NCBI GenBank assembly: GCA_020848995.1
Contig: JADLHA010000015.1
Coordinates: 9,229 to 73,228, forward strand
Direction: 5' to 3'
Source: Saprospiraceae bacterium
Lineage (GTDB): Bacteria; Bacteroidota; Bacteroidia; Chitinophagales; Saprospiraceae
DNA length: 64,000 bases
Positions 46,854 through 57,318 of this stretch are shown piece by piece. A model generated the notes under the pieces. The model was not told the origin of the DNA and searched no databases. It saw only the letters and a list, made by a program, of their open reading frames with translations. Position numbers and translations under genes: made by a program. Numbering within the stretch: the first letter of the stretch is position 1; every line of letters starts with the position of its first letter.

Positions 46854-48410
46854 ATGATCAAACAGCAACTCAGTCAGAGCCTACTCCAAAAACTCTCCCC
46901 GCAGCAAATCCAGTTGATGAAGTTGCTGCAAATTCCCACTTCCGTACTGGACCAGAGGATCCAGGAAGAACTGGAGTCAAACCCTGCGCTCGAGGAAGGC
47001 AGTGACCAGGACGATTACCGCGAGGCGGGTGCGGATGAAACGGAAAGCGGACTGTCTGATGAATACCGTCAGGAAGACGGCGATGATTTTCGTCAGGATA
47101 GCCAGGACGACCTGCTCAACAGCGACCACTTTGAGGATTACCTCAACAATTACATGGATGACGACACGGCCTCCTATCGCTACAAGACCGGAGATTACGG
47201 TCTGGCAGAGGAGGAAGCACGCACCGTTCCGATTGCCGTGGAAAACACCTTTCACGACCACCTGCGCAAACAAATTGGCCTGTTGAAACTCCGCGACGAA
47301 GAACAATACAAGATTGCGCTGCAGATCATTGGGAGCATAGACGACGACGGTTACCTCAGGCGGGAGCCCTCTGCCATCATCGACGATCTTCTGTTCTCTC
47401 AAAACATCGTTGCCAGCGAGCGGGAAATACTCGAATTGCTCGGCAAGATCCAGTCTTTCGATCCGCCCGGTATCGGTGCGCGTTCGCTGCAGGAATGCCT
47501 GCTGATCCAGATCCGCGCCAAAATGAAGCAGACCAGCAACCGCGCCCAGCAAAAGGTCTTGCGGCTCACGGAGTTCATCCTCGAAAAAAACTTCGAGGAA
47601 TTTACCAAAAAGCACTACGCCAAATTGCAGCGCGTGCTCAACCTGACGGAGGCCCAGTTGAAGGTGGCGATTGACGAGATCCTCAAGCTCAACCCCAAGC
47701 CTTCATCGGGGTACGTTGATTCCCAGCAGGCCCCCATGGCCACGGGGCAGGTCATCGTACCTGATTTCATCATCCTCAACCGCGACGGCGAGCTGGAGCT
47801 TTCGCTCAACAGCCGCAACGCTCCCGACCTGCGCATCAACGAGCATTACCTCGAGATGCTGCGACACTACAAAGACAACAAAAAGGCAGGCCTCAATTCA
47901 AAAAAAGAAAAGGAAGCCATACTCTTCATCAAGCACAAGATCGAAGGAGCCAAGTGGTTTATCGACGCCATCAAGCAACGGCAGGACACCTTATTCCGCA
48001 CCATGCATGCCATCATGGAACACCAGCGCGAGTATTTTCTTACGGGTGACCAAAAAAAGATCAGGCCCATGATCCTGAAGGACATCGCAAAGGAAACACA
48101 ACTCGACATTTCCACCGTTTCGCGCGTGGCAAACAGCAAATTCGTTCAGACGGAATACGGCACCAAACGGCTCAAAGAATTTTTCTCTGAGTCCATGCAA
48201 AATGAAGAAGGCGACGAGGTCTCAACCCTCGAAGTGAAAAAGATCCTTTCTGACCTCGTTCAGAATGAAAACAAGGGCAAGCCGCTCAGCGACGAAAAGC
48301 TCAAATCACTGCTGCTCAAACGAGGGTACAACATCGCCCGCCGCACCATCGCCAAATACCGCGAGCAGCTCAACATCCCGGTAGCAAGGCTTCGCAAGGA
48401 ACTCGTTTGA
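46854..48410 (+). CDS. rpoN: RNA polymerase sigma-54 factor
   Basis: It has the region I sequence LSQSLLQKLSPQQIQLMKLLQ, an acidic region II and a C-terminal RpoN box ARRTIAKYRE. Confidence 0.95.
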   Translation: MIKQQLSQSLLQKLSPQQIQLMKLLQIPTSVLDQRIQEELESNPALEEGSDQDDYREAGADETESGLSDEYRQEDGDDFRQDSQDDLLNSDHFEDYLNNYMDDDTASYRYKTGDYGLAEEEARTVPIAVENTFHDHLRKQIGLLKLRDEEQYKIALQIIGSIDDDGYLRREPSAIIDDLLFSQNIVASEREILELLGKIQSFDPPGIGARSLQECLLIQIRAKMKQTSNRAQQKVLRLTEFILEKNFEEFTKKHYAKLQRVLNLTEAQLKVAIDEILKLNPKPSSGYVDSQQAPMATGQVIVPDFIILNRDGELELSLNSRNAPDLRINEHYLEMLRHYKDNKKAGLNSKKEKEAILFIKHKIEGAKWFIDAIKQRQDTLFRTMHAIMEHQREYFLTGDQKKIRPMILKDIAKETQLDISTVSRVANSKFVQTEYGTKRLKEFFSESMQNEEGDEVSTLEVKKILSDLVQNENKGKPLSDEKLKSLLLKRGYNIARRTIAKYREQLNIPVARLRKELV

Positions 48411-48752
48411 GCAATCCGGTACCCTCTTGCTGCACATAGGCGTATTCGTACGTGTGATGCTGGTTGCCTCAATAAACCTCCTCAAAGGACCCAGTTGTTT
48501 TTAGAAAGGATGATTTTGTTGCTGCGCTCACCATTCAACAGGAGTTGCCGGCTCCCAATCCTAGCGGTCTTTCTTTTCCAAAGGCAGCTTGTTGAATTGC
48601 GCGCACCGGAACTTCACATCCCATGGGAGCGACTTGCGCCGGTGATTTATTTTCTAAAAAATGGTGTTGTCCAAATTGGCTCACCCTCACTCCTGCATTT
48701 TCCAGTTCGGGATGGGCTGAGCGACCATTAACTTTGAGCCCTCGACCGCCGC

Positions 48753-50873
48753 ATGCGCTATACACCAGACCAGACCCGGGAATTCAATCGATTGACCGGC
48801 CACTTCCTCGAAGCGGCAGTCGTCCAAAACCATCGCGCAACGGAGGAACTGCGGAACGTGATTCGCTTTCACGAATGGCGGTATTACGTACTCGACGATC
48901 CCCTCATCAGCGATTTCGACTACGACCGGCTTTATAAACTGCTGGAACGCACAGAGGCTGCATATCCAGAATGGGCTTCAGAGGAATCTCCCACGCGGCG
49001 GGTTTCCAGCGACCTGACCGAATCCTTTGCAACCGTGGACCACCTGAGCCCCATGCTGTCTTTGGAAAATTCGTATGACCTCGCTGATCTGGAGGCCTTT
49101 GACCTGCGGGTTCGAAAGCTTTGTGGCCTGGCTGCGAACGAAGCGCTTGACTACTTTGCCGAGCCAAAGTTCGACGGTGGAAGCATTGCGGTCATCTACG
49201 AGAACGACTGTCTGGTGCGGGCTGCCACCCGCGGAGATGGAGCCCGCGGTGAAGAAATCACAGCCAACGCCAGAACCATCCGGTCTCTGCCGCTGCGGGC
49301 GGCCTTTTCTTCTTTGGGAATTTTTCGCGTCGAACTCCGGGGCGAAGCTGTCCTGAGCAAGCAGCGCTTTCATGCCATCAACCTCCAGCGGGAAACCGAT
49401 GGGCTGCCCTTGTTTGCCAATCCGCGCAACGCAGCAACGGGCGTGCTGCGGGCCAAAGATCCCTCCGAAACGGCCGCGCGCAATCTGGACGCATTCATCT
49501 TCCAGGTATCACACGCCGAAGCGCAAAATGGCCACACCCAACTCGACGCATTCCCCACCCAGGCCTCCTGGATGGAGCAACTCGACGCACTGGGGTTTAA
49601 AGTGGCCCTCGCCGACCGGAAAGTCTGTAAGTCCATTAAAGCGGTCGAAGATTTTGTAGGACAATGGACAAGCCGCAGGGATGCCTACTTCTACGACATC
49701 GACGGCGTCGTCGTCAAAGTAAACGACCTTTCGATGCAACAGCGCTGCGGCTCGACGGCACATCATCCCCGTTGGGCGGTAGCCCACAAATTCCAGGCCC
49801 GTCAGTCGAGCTCAACGTTGCTGGGTGTCGAGTTCCAGATTGGAAAAATCGGGAGCATCACCCCGGTAGCCAAAATCGCCCCGGTTCAACTTGCCGGGGT
49901 CACTGTCAGTTCCGTGTCGTTGCACAACGAGGATTTTATCGCGCAACGCGACATTCGCATCGGCGACCAGGTGCTGGTAGAACGGGCCGGCGATGTGATT
50001 CCCTATATTGTAAAGGCTTTTCCCGAATTGCGCAAAGGCGACGAAAAACCCATCGCATTTCCCTCCCATTGCCCGGCATGCAACACCCCTTTAGTTCGTG
50101 AGGAGGACGAGGCGGCATGGCGCTGTCCCAACGACCGTTGCGAAGGGAAACGCCTCCAATGTATGATCCACCATGCTTCCAAAGATGCCATGGACATCGA
50201 CGGACTCGGGAAGAGCCTCATCGAGCGCTTTTACGACCTGGGCTGGCTGGCGGATCTTTCTGACCTCTATTCCCTGGACTATGAAGCCATTGCCGCACTG
50301 GAAGGCATGGGAAAGAAATCCGCGGAAAATTTGCGCAGGTCCATCGAAAAAGCGAAAGACAATCCGCTTTACCGGCTGCTTCACGGTTTGTGCATTCACC
50401 ACATTGGAAAAAAGATCGCCCAGCGCATAGCGGCACAGGTTGAATACTTGCCCGATCTGGCGCAATGGGATGCTGAACGCTTCATGGCGATCGACGACGT
50501 TGGACCCGTAGCAGCAGGCAATCTCGTCCGCTTTTTCGCAAACCCCCACAACCAACAGATGCTCCGGCGCATGGAGGAGCTGGGGGTCAATCTGAGGGCA
50601 AAGGATGATGACCATCCTCAGGCTTCCGGGAGCGGGGGCATTTTCCACGGAAAGACCATCCTCTTTACGGGAACGCTGGAGCGAATGGGGCGCGACGAAG
50701 CTGAGCGGTTGGCCGAAAAGCTGGGGGCAAGGGTGCTGTCTGCAGTTTCGTCGAAACTCGACCTGCTCGTCGTTGGTCGCGACGCCGGTTCCAAACTTGC
50801 TAAAGCACAGAAACTGGGCACCGTGGAAATCCTCGATGAACAGGCCTTTTTCGACCGGGCAGGCAGCCAATGA
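48753..50873 (+). CDS. ligA: NAD-dependent DNA ligase
   Basis: 706 aa. It has the adenylation motif EPKFDGGSI (KxDG), a Zn finger (CPACNTPLVREEDEAAWRCPNDRC), HhH repeats and a C-terminal BRCT domain. Confidence 0.97.
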   Translation: MRYTPDQTREFNRLTGHFLEAAVVQNHRATEELRNVIRFHEWRYYVLDDPLISDFDYDRLYKLLERTEAAYPEWASEESPTRRVSSDLTESFATVDHLSPMLSLENSYDLADLEAFDLRVRKLCGLAANEALDYFAEPKFDGGSIAVIYENDCLVRAATRGDGARGEEITANARTIRSLPLRAAFSSLGIFRVELRGEAVLSKQRFHAINLQRETDGLPLFANPRNAATGVLRAKDPSETAARNLDAFIFQVSHAEAQNGHTQLDAFPTQASWMEQLDALGFKVALADRKVCKSIKAVEDFVGQWTSRRDAYFYDIDGVVVKVNDLSMQQRCGSTAHHPRWAVAHKFQARQSSSTLLGVEFQIGKIGSITPVAKIAPVQLAGVTVSSVSLHNEDFIAQRDIRIGDQVLVERAGDVIPYIVKAFPELRKGDEKPIAFPSHCPACNTPLVREEDEAAWRCPNDRCEGKRLQCMIHHASKDAMDIDGLGKSLIERFYDLGWLADLSDLYSLDYEAIAALEGMGKKSAENLRRSIEKAKDNPLYRLLHGLCIHHIGKKIAQRIAAQVEYLPDLAQWDAERFMAIDDVGPVAAGNLVRFFANPHNQQMLRRMEELGVNLRAKDDDHPQASGSGGIFHGKTILFTGTLERMGRDEAERLAEKLGARVLSAVSSKLDLLVVGRDAGSKLAKAQKLGTVEILDEQAFFDRAGSQ

Positions 50874-50959
50874 ATTCGTAGCTTTTTTTCCAGGATCGAC
50901 GAACGTTTCGCAGGCTGCAACGTTATATTCAGATGTACTTTTTAAGTAGAAGGTAATTT

Positions 50960-53900
50960 ATGAACAGAATTGTATCGACTCTTTTCAGCGCGGTTTTCCT
51001 CCTGGGAAGCCTCTCTGCGCAAATGAACCCCTGGACACCCCTTGGCCCCGGGTCCTATTCCCCTCTGAATGAGGGCTGGTCGCGGGTGTCCGGTATGCAA
51101 TACTACCGTCTGGACCGGGAAGCCTTTCGCGAAATGTTGATGCGGCATGCCCAAAACAGCAATGCCCAGCCTTTTGCCGTCGATTTTCCCCTTCCCAACG
51201 GGCTGTTTCGCACATTTTACCTCAGCGAGTCACCCGTCATGGAGGAAGAACTCGCCAAAAAATTTCCGGAAATCAAGACGTTTAGCGGTTTCGACGGCGA
51301 CGGATACCTCCGCATGTCGATTTCCCCTTATAGTTTCCAGGCCTTCCTGCTCACTCCGGAAGGTGACGTGGTCATCGAGGCTCCCAACCGAAACCAGCAA
51401 GGTGTGTACGCCTCTTTTTACGGAGCTTCGGTTGGGTTGAACGACCCAATCCACCTCCAGTGCGGTACGCACGAACTCGAAGACCTGGTACCCAACAGGA
51501 ATGCCGGAAACCAAATCAAGATCCAGTCGCGCGGCAGTGGTGGAGAGCCCGTAGATCTTCGCACCTACCGCTTGGCACTTGCCTGCACCGGCGAATGGGG
51601 ATCCTCCCCGTCGCTGGGTGGCGGCACCGTGGCCTCAGCACTCGACAAAATGGTTGCGTCGATGAGTTACATCAACGCCGTTTACGAAAAAGAGGCTGCC
51701 ATACACCTGAACCTCGTCGCCAATAACGATAAGATCATTTTCCTCGATCCCCAGACAGACCCATATGGCAGTCCGACATCGGGAGGAAATACCCTTGGAC
51801 AGAACACCGACGTCATCACCGGTACCCTTGGACGCGCTGCCTACGATATCGGACACGTTTTTACCATTGAATGCTCCGACGTCGGGGGTGTGGCCTTTCT
51901 AGCCTCCGTTTGTAACGGCAATAAGGGCGGGGGCGTCACCTGCTGGTACAGAACCGACATCGCTTACGTTACGCAGCGCATTGCCTGCCACGAAATGGGG
52001 CACCAGTTCAGCGCTTCCCACACCTTTTCCAATTGCAACGGAAATGAATCCGGAACGAGTTACGAACCCGGAAGCGGCACGAGCATCATGTCTTACAGCG
52101 GACTCTGCGGCTCAGGGCTCAACGTTGAATCGGGCGCACTGCCCCACCCCAACTATTTCCATACCAACTCTGTTGAACGCATCTACAACTATACCCGTAC
52201 CGGCGACGGTTCCCGGTGTGGCATGTCAACACCTACGGCCAACCGGTTCCCGGAAGCGGAGATCCTGATTCCCTCCGGCTTGCGCATTCCCATCCGGACG
52301 CCTTTTGTGCTGCGCGGCAGGGGTACCGACGATCCCGGTGAAACCCTTACTTACAACTGGGAGCAATACGACAATGGGGGCTACGGTCCCATCCTCGGAG
52401 AGCCCAAGCTCGACGAGGAGGGCCCCCTGTTCAAATCTCTGTTCCCTGGCAACGACCCCAACCGCGTGGTGCCCGTGTGGAACACCATCCTCACCAAGGG
52501 CAATTTTGAACGCACAGAGGTCCTGCCCACCGTAAGCCGAAAGGTTACCTTCCGTTTCAATGTTCGCGACAACTTCCCCGGATCCGGAGGGGTGACTACC
52601 AAACAAACGCATTTTTGGTCTGTAGCATCGGCAGGTCCTTTCCGGGTGAGCTACCCCAACAGCGGAACGACCGATACCCTCTATTCCGGAGCCTGCAACC
52701 TCGTCCGCTGGGACGTAGCCAACACCGACGGAGACTCTGTAAACTGCAGGAAGGTAAACATTTACCTCATGCCCAACCGCACCAATCCGAACATCCGCAT
52801 TCCCCTGTTGATGGATACCGAAAACGACGGAAGTGCGTTTGTGGAGATTCCCGATTCCCTTACCGGAATGATTCGCGCCCGCATTTTGGTCGAAGCGGCT
52901 GACAACATCTTCTTTGATCTCTCTGACGGCGACATCCGGATTTTATCCGGAGCGGCAAGCAGGTCGGGAAATCTCGGTGTTTCTCCTGCTCGATTTACTT
53001 TTTGCATTCCCAACTCACGGAGCGTTGATATTCGCGCATGTTCCTTTGCCAATGCCCAGGGTAAACTGCAGTTGTTGGTTGGCGATGGCCTCCCTACCGG
53101 AGCCATTGCCCGTTTTGAAGAGGAATACATCGACGCAACGGGTAGTACCCGGCTGTTGTTAGACTTTAGCCAGGTCAAGGAAACGGGGATTTTCCAATTC
53201 GAGGTGCTCGGCGTTGCAGAGAATGGAGACACCTTGCGCGAACTCATCGAGATGGACCTCGTGAACGTCGATTTTTCAGACTTGCGCACCGTCTATCCCG
53301 CCAACGGATTGTCCGGATTGCCACAGTCCCTGGAATTTCGCTGGACGCCGGCGCAGCACGCGCTGAGTTACCGGCTCGAAATTGCCACTTCCCCAGCCTT
53401 TGGCGCCTCGGTCATCTTTGCTGTCGATGGCATCGTTGGAACCAGCTATACCCCCAATTATTTCCTTTCAGAGAGCAGTTTGTATTATTGGAGGGTCGTT
53501 CCCGTAAATCGTTGCGGGCCCGGGTCTCCGACTTCCCCTTCTCCGTTCCAGACGGTCAATAAAAAGTGTGAGCAGACCGATTATCCCGGCAACGTGCTGG
53601 TTCGAAGTGCCAATAAAACGGGGTATATGGTAGTTCCCATCCGCGGCTCCGGTGTGATCAGCGATATCAACCTCAACGACCTGTACGCCAATGCCGTTGG
53701 CGTGAACAGCATCACCCTGACGCTGGTGAGCCCACAGGGAACCCGGGTCAAAGTGTTCGATCGCAACTGCGGTGTGACGGATCTGTTCGACTGTGCGTTC
53801 GACGACGAAGGTCTATACACCGTAGTAAATGGCTGCCCGCCTTCCCACAAAAAGCTCATCAAACCGCTGGAGCCGTTGTCGCGCTTCAACGGAGAGAACA

Positions 53901-54607
53901 AGGAAGGCGATTGGACCCTTGAGGTGACCACAGATCGCTTTCTCAGCGGGCAGGCCAATTTTTACGGATTTGCTTTGGACATCTGTTCAGACATTCAGGT
54001 CAACAATCCCTTCCTGCTGAAGAACCTCGTGCTGACCATGGATCAGGGACAGACCCGGAGCATTGGCCGCGATCTGCTGGAAGTGCAGGATTCCGATAAT
54101 ACGGCTGCCGAACTTCGCTACACCGTGGTGGCCATTCCGCAACACGGCGACTTGTTGGTCGATGGTGTGCGTGCCGATTACGGGACGCATTTCACCCAAA
54201 AAGACATCGACGACGGCAAGTTGTCTTACCAGCACACGGGTTCTCCGATGGAGACCGACGGTTTCCACTTTGTTGTGGAAGACGGCACCGGTGGCTGGCT
54301 TGGCGCAGAATTTTTCCGCATTCAGATCGGCCCGGTGGGCACGCGCGACGAAGAACGCGACCCCGGAATGTTGCTCTATCCAAACCCGGCTCGGGACCAG
54401 TTGCAGTTTGCATTTTCAGAATTGACCGGAGCGGATGCCCTGCTTCGCATAACGGATCTGCAGGGTCGCGTTTGGATGATGGTTCCGGTGGGGCTGCAAA
54501 GGGCCGGGCTGGTCAGCCTGCAGCCTTTGCCAGACGGCCTCTACCTCGTGGAGTTTCGCTCCGGCCGTCAATACCAAACGGCCAAATTGGTTGTCAACCG
54601 AGATTGA
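50960..54607 (+). CDS. Reprolysin-like zinc metalloprotease with a proprotein-convertase P-domain and cadherin-like module, T9SS cargo
   Basis: It has a signal peptide and the zinc motif HEMGHQFSASH. The P-domain-like segment reads GVISDINLNDLYANAVGVNSITLTLVSPQGTRVKVFD. The T9SS CTD reads LLYPNPARDQLQFAF...LYLVEFRSG. Confidence 0.85.
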   Translation: MNRIVSTLFSAVFLLGSLSAQMNPWTPLGPGSYSPLNEGWSRVSGMQYYRLDREAFREMLMRHAQNSNAQPFAVDFPLPNGLFRTFYLSESPVMEEELAKKFPEIKTFSGFDGDGYLRMSISPYSFQAFLLTPEGDVVIEAPNRNQQGVYASFYGASVGLNDPIHLQCGTHELEDLVPNRNAGNQIKIQSRGSGGEPVDLRTYRLALACTGEWGSSPSLGGGTVASALDKMVASMSYINAVYEKEAAIHLNLVANNDKIIFLDPQTDPYGSPTSGGNTLGQNTDVITGTLGRAAYDIGHVFTIECSDVGGVAFLASVCNGNKGGGVTCWYRTDIAYVTQRIACHEMGHQFSASHTFSNCNGNESGTSYEPGSGTSIMSYSGLCGSGLNVESGALPHPNYFHTNSVERIYNYTRTGDGSRCGMSTPTANRFPEAEILIPSGLRIPIRTPFVLRGRGTDDPGETLTYNWEQYDNGGYGPILGEPKLDEEGPLFKSLFPGNDPNRVVPVWNTILTKGNFERTEVLPTVSRKVTFRFNVRDNFPGSGGVTTKQTHFWSVASAGPFRVSYPNSGTTDTLYSGACNLVRWDVANTDGDSVNCRKVNIYLMPNRTNPNIRIPLLMDTENDGSAFVEIPDSLTGMIRARILVEAADNIFFDLSDGDIRILSGAASRSGNLGVSPARFTFCIPNSRSVDIRACSFANAQGKLQLLVGDGLPTGAIARFEEEYIDATGSTRLLLDFSQVKETGIFQFEVLGVAENGDTLRELIEMDLVNVDFSDLRTVYPANGLSGLPQSLEFRWTPAQHALSYRLEIATSPAFGASVIFAVDGIVGTSYTPNYFLSESSLYYWRVVPVNRCGPGSPTSPSPFQTVNKKCEQTDYPGNVLVRSANKTGYMVVPIRGSGVISDINLNDLYANAVGVNSITLTLVSPQGTRVKVFDRNCGVTDLFDCAFDDEGLYTVVNGCPPSHKKLIKPLEPLSRFNGENKEGDWTLEVTTDRFLSGQANFYGFALDICSDIQVNNPFLLKNLVLTMDQGQTRSIGRDLLEVQDSDNTAAELRYTVVAIPQHGDLLVDGVRADYGTHFTQKDIDDGKLSYQHTGSPMETDGFHFVVEDGTGGWLGAEFFRIQIGPVGTRDEERDPGMLLYPNPARDQLQFAFSELTGADALLRITDLQGRVWMMVPVGLQRAGLVSLQPLPDGLYLVEFRSGRQYQTAKLVVNRD

Positions 54608-54667
54608 CCGGCAAACCTTGTCGTCGTATTGGAATTTAGCTCCTTAGCTCAATTCCATTCAGACTAT

Positions 54668-54697
54668 AAACGTTCGTTAGCAAACTAACGAACGTTT
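54668..54697 (+). terminator. Perfect 13-bp inverted repeat (AAACGTTCGTTAG-CAAA-CTAACGAACGTTT), a possible terminator or operator
   Basis: It lies 61 nt downstream of the 50960-54607 stop and is followed by GTATTTAT. It is built from the recurrent motif described in the findings. Confidence 0.45.
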
Positions 54698-54913
54698 GTA
54701 TTTATAGCCGGAATTCGGAAAGGCCGCATAACATTTGGCTATCACATGCACTAAGCTTTGCTTGTATTCTGGCGATTTCAGGGCCGGGAAGCATTTCCGT
54801 TTGTGATCCTGAAGACACAGCTTCCTGAAAGGCCACTATTTTGAAACGAAAGGGAATTATTTGGTAAGAAAAATTGTTGCTTGATTAGAAAGCGCAATTA
54901 AATTCTCTAAAAT

Positions 54914-57223
54914 ATGCAATACAATTTCAAGTGGACCGCAGGGTTCCTAATAGTGGTTTTATTTTCTCTGGTTACCTGTGACGAAGACGGACCCGGGCCC
55001 GAACCCGATTCCGGAAAAATCCAAACGGAGCAAACCGTTCCGGTGGGAGAATACAGCATCGGCAGCCAGGGCGGCTCGGTCATCGTCGATGCCCCCGGAA
55101 CTCCAGTCGGGGGATTGGAGATCGAAGTTCCATCAGGAGCCTATTCTTCGTCGCGCACTTTTAAAATTGCTTATGCCCCGATCACTTCCCATGAATTTGG
55201 CGAATTGTTCCAGCCTGTCAGTCCGCTCATCGAGATATCCAATGGCGGCGGACTGGCCGACCAGATGATGCGCCTAAGGGTTCCGGTTGAACAAATCACC
55301 GGCGACCAGCTTATGGGCTTCTACTACGATCGCAAGACCGGGGTGTTGGAGGGCATACCCATTGTCGCCACCGGCGACGGCTACATCGACCTCGCCGTGC
55401 GGCATTTTTCGTGGGTGGTCGTAACCGAATTCCAAAAAGAGGCGCTCATTGGTGGCGGTGGATTCGATACCGGATTCAACCCGAGCCGGAACGGGTGGAG
55501 TTTTACCAATTACGGAACTTTTCCGGAGGCCGGGGGGATCTGTGCCGGGATGAGCATTGCGGCTGCGCACTATTTCAAAAATTTCAGCTCTTCGGTTGAC
55601 CTGTACACCAATTTCGACAACAACCAGGAACTGTGGTTCCGCACAGAAGATATCTGGGAAGACGACGCCAAGGGCTTGCAGTTTGCCACCGCCATTCACC
55701 GGGTGTACGGCTCCTTTTGGCAAAGCAATAACGCCAGCATACTCTCCATGATCAATGCCCCGGAAGAAGACCGGTTTTGGAACATCATTTTCAATTTGCT
55801 CATCCTGAATCAGCCGCAGTTGCTTTACGTTCAGGACAGCCGATCGGATACTTCCCATTGCATTGCAGCCTTTGCCTACACGATCGACGAGCAAATGGCA
55901 AAGATTCGCGTTTACGATCCTAACTACCCCGCTTCTGAGGGAACCATTGAGTTTGACATGGTGCAAAAGAAATTCAAACCCTATACCACTGCAGCCAATG
56001 CGGTGGCCCTGGAGCAGGGCAGCGTCTTTCATTGCGACATCATTGCCTATCAGGCCTTCTCCGCGGTGATGACGGCCGATGAAATGGCTTTTCTTTGGAA
56101 AAAGGTGCAGAACAATACCATTGGCGAGGCCCTTTTTCCCTCATACAAAGTTTACGCACAACCAAAAGACCCGGGATATTCTAAGGTCGAGCTCAAATCC
56201 ATCGGTAAAAACGGCTACGTCAATTCGATCCCCTTTGATGTTTTTGATTTTGTGGTCGAAGGTCTTGATGCATCCTTTTCGCTATCGGCGGAAGGCATGA
56301 GTTACTTGCCAGGGTTTGGGCTCGAGCGCATACGCCCGATGACGACCATGGAAATGAACCTTCCTGATACGTTATTTGGATATTACCTGAAAGGAATTCC
56401 TCCGGGAGCAAAAGACCCCAGCTGGATCGGGTTCCACTGGTTCCGGATCCGCAAACAGCAAATCTGGATTGAGCCTGCGGATACCACCGTAGCCCTCCAG
56501 GCCGAAGTTTCCTTCATCGCACGCAACAACGGATCGGCACCAAAGCATGCTCGCTATTCCTGGGATTTTGGCGATGGCCATGACGCAACATCAAGCGACA
56601 CGACCATCGCGTACAAGTTTCCAAAAGAAGGGGAGTACACCGTTACCCTGAAGGTCACGGACCTCGACCGCAATGTGGAAGTTGCCGAAGCCCAAACCAC
56701 CATTGCCGTGACGCGCTGGCCCAAAATGGCCATTACCATTCGAGGTATGGATGCGCAACCTCCGAGCACCCTCAAAGCATCCGACGGATCGGATATTCCC
56801 TCCATTGGGTGGTCCAACAAATGGGTTGCAACCGCTCCGGCCATCCGTTGGAATGAACAGCAATTCGAAACGGAATTTACTTACAACCTCTATCCGGGAA
56901 CCTATACTTGCAGGATCAGTGGGAACGTTTCGGCGGACTTTAAAAAAGTGGAACACGTCAGCGCCATTTATTCGGGAACTGCTTTCGGAGGAGACTGGCT
57001 GTACTATGCCGCCATCGTTCTGCGGGATTTCCCACTTGAAGTTTACGTGCCTGGAGAGATCACCGGCAAAATTCTCACGGGTCCGGATGCACAATCCAAA
57101 GTAGCCCAACTCAGTTGGAAACAGGTGTACGATGCACAAGCCAATCCGAAAGAGATCACCCTGCAATCGGTCGACTGGAGCAGTCCACAAACTGAACTCA
57201 GCATCTTCTTTTACAACGAATGA
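54914..57223 (+). CDS. Predicted lipoprotein with a PKD domain and a possible papain-like (C39-like) Cys/His region
   Basis: It has a lipobox (FSLVTC) and the PKD signature YSWDFGDGHDATSSDTTIAYKFPKEGEYTVTLKVTD. Candidate catalytic contexts are GGICAGMSIAAAHYF and DTSHCIAAFAY...IRVYDPNYP. Confidence 0.7.
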   Translation: MQYNFKWTAGFLIVVLFSLVTCDEDGPGPEPDSGKIQTEQTVPVGEYSIGSQGGSVIVDAPGTPVGGLEIEVPSGAYSSSRTFKIAYAPITSHEFGELFQPVSPLIEISNGGGLADQMMRLRVPVEQITGDQLMGFYYDRKTGVLEGIPIVATGDGYIDLAVRHFSWVVVTEFQKEALIGGGGFDTGFNPSRNGWSFTNYGTFPEAGGICAGMSIAAAHYFKNFSSSVDLYTNFDNNQELWFRTEDIWEDDAKGLQFATAIHRVYGSFWQSNNASILSMINAPEEDRFWNIIFNLLILNQPQLLYVQDSRSDTSHCIAAFAYTIDEQMAKIRVYDPNYPASEGTIEFDMVQKKFKPYTTAANAVALEQGSVFHCDIIAYQAFSAVMTADEMAFLWKKVQNNTIGEALFPSYKVYAQPKDPGYSKVELKSIGKNGYVNSIPFDVFDFVVEGLDASFSLSAEGMSYLPGFGLERIRPMTTMEMNLPDTLFGYYLKGIPPGAKDPSWIGFHWFRIRKQQIWIEPADTTVALQAEVSFIARNNGSAPKHARYSWDFGDGHDATSSDTTIAYKFPKEGEYTVTLKVTDLDRNVEVAEAQTTIAVTRWPKMAITIRGMDAQPPSTLKASDGSDIPSIGWSNKWVATAPAIRWNEQQFETEFTYNLYPGTYTCRISGNVSADFKKVEHVSAIYSGTAFGGDWLYYAAIVLRDFPLEVYVPGEITGKILTGPDAQSKVAQLSWKQVYDAQANPKEITLQSVDWSSPQTELSIFFYNE

Positions 57224-57318
57224 GAAGAAATATGGAGCAAGGAGAATGGGTGATGAACAATTTTCCATTCTCCATGATCCATTGTACTTTCGTTTTTGGA
57301 ATGCATCAACGATGATCG

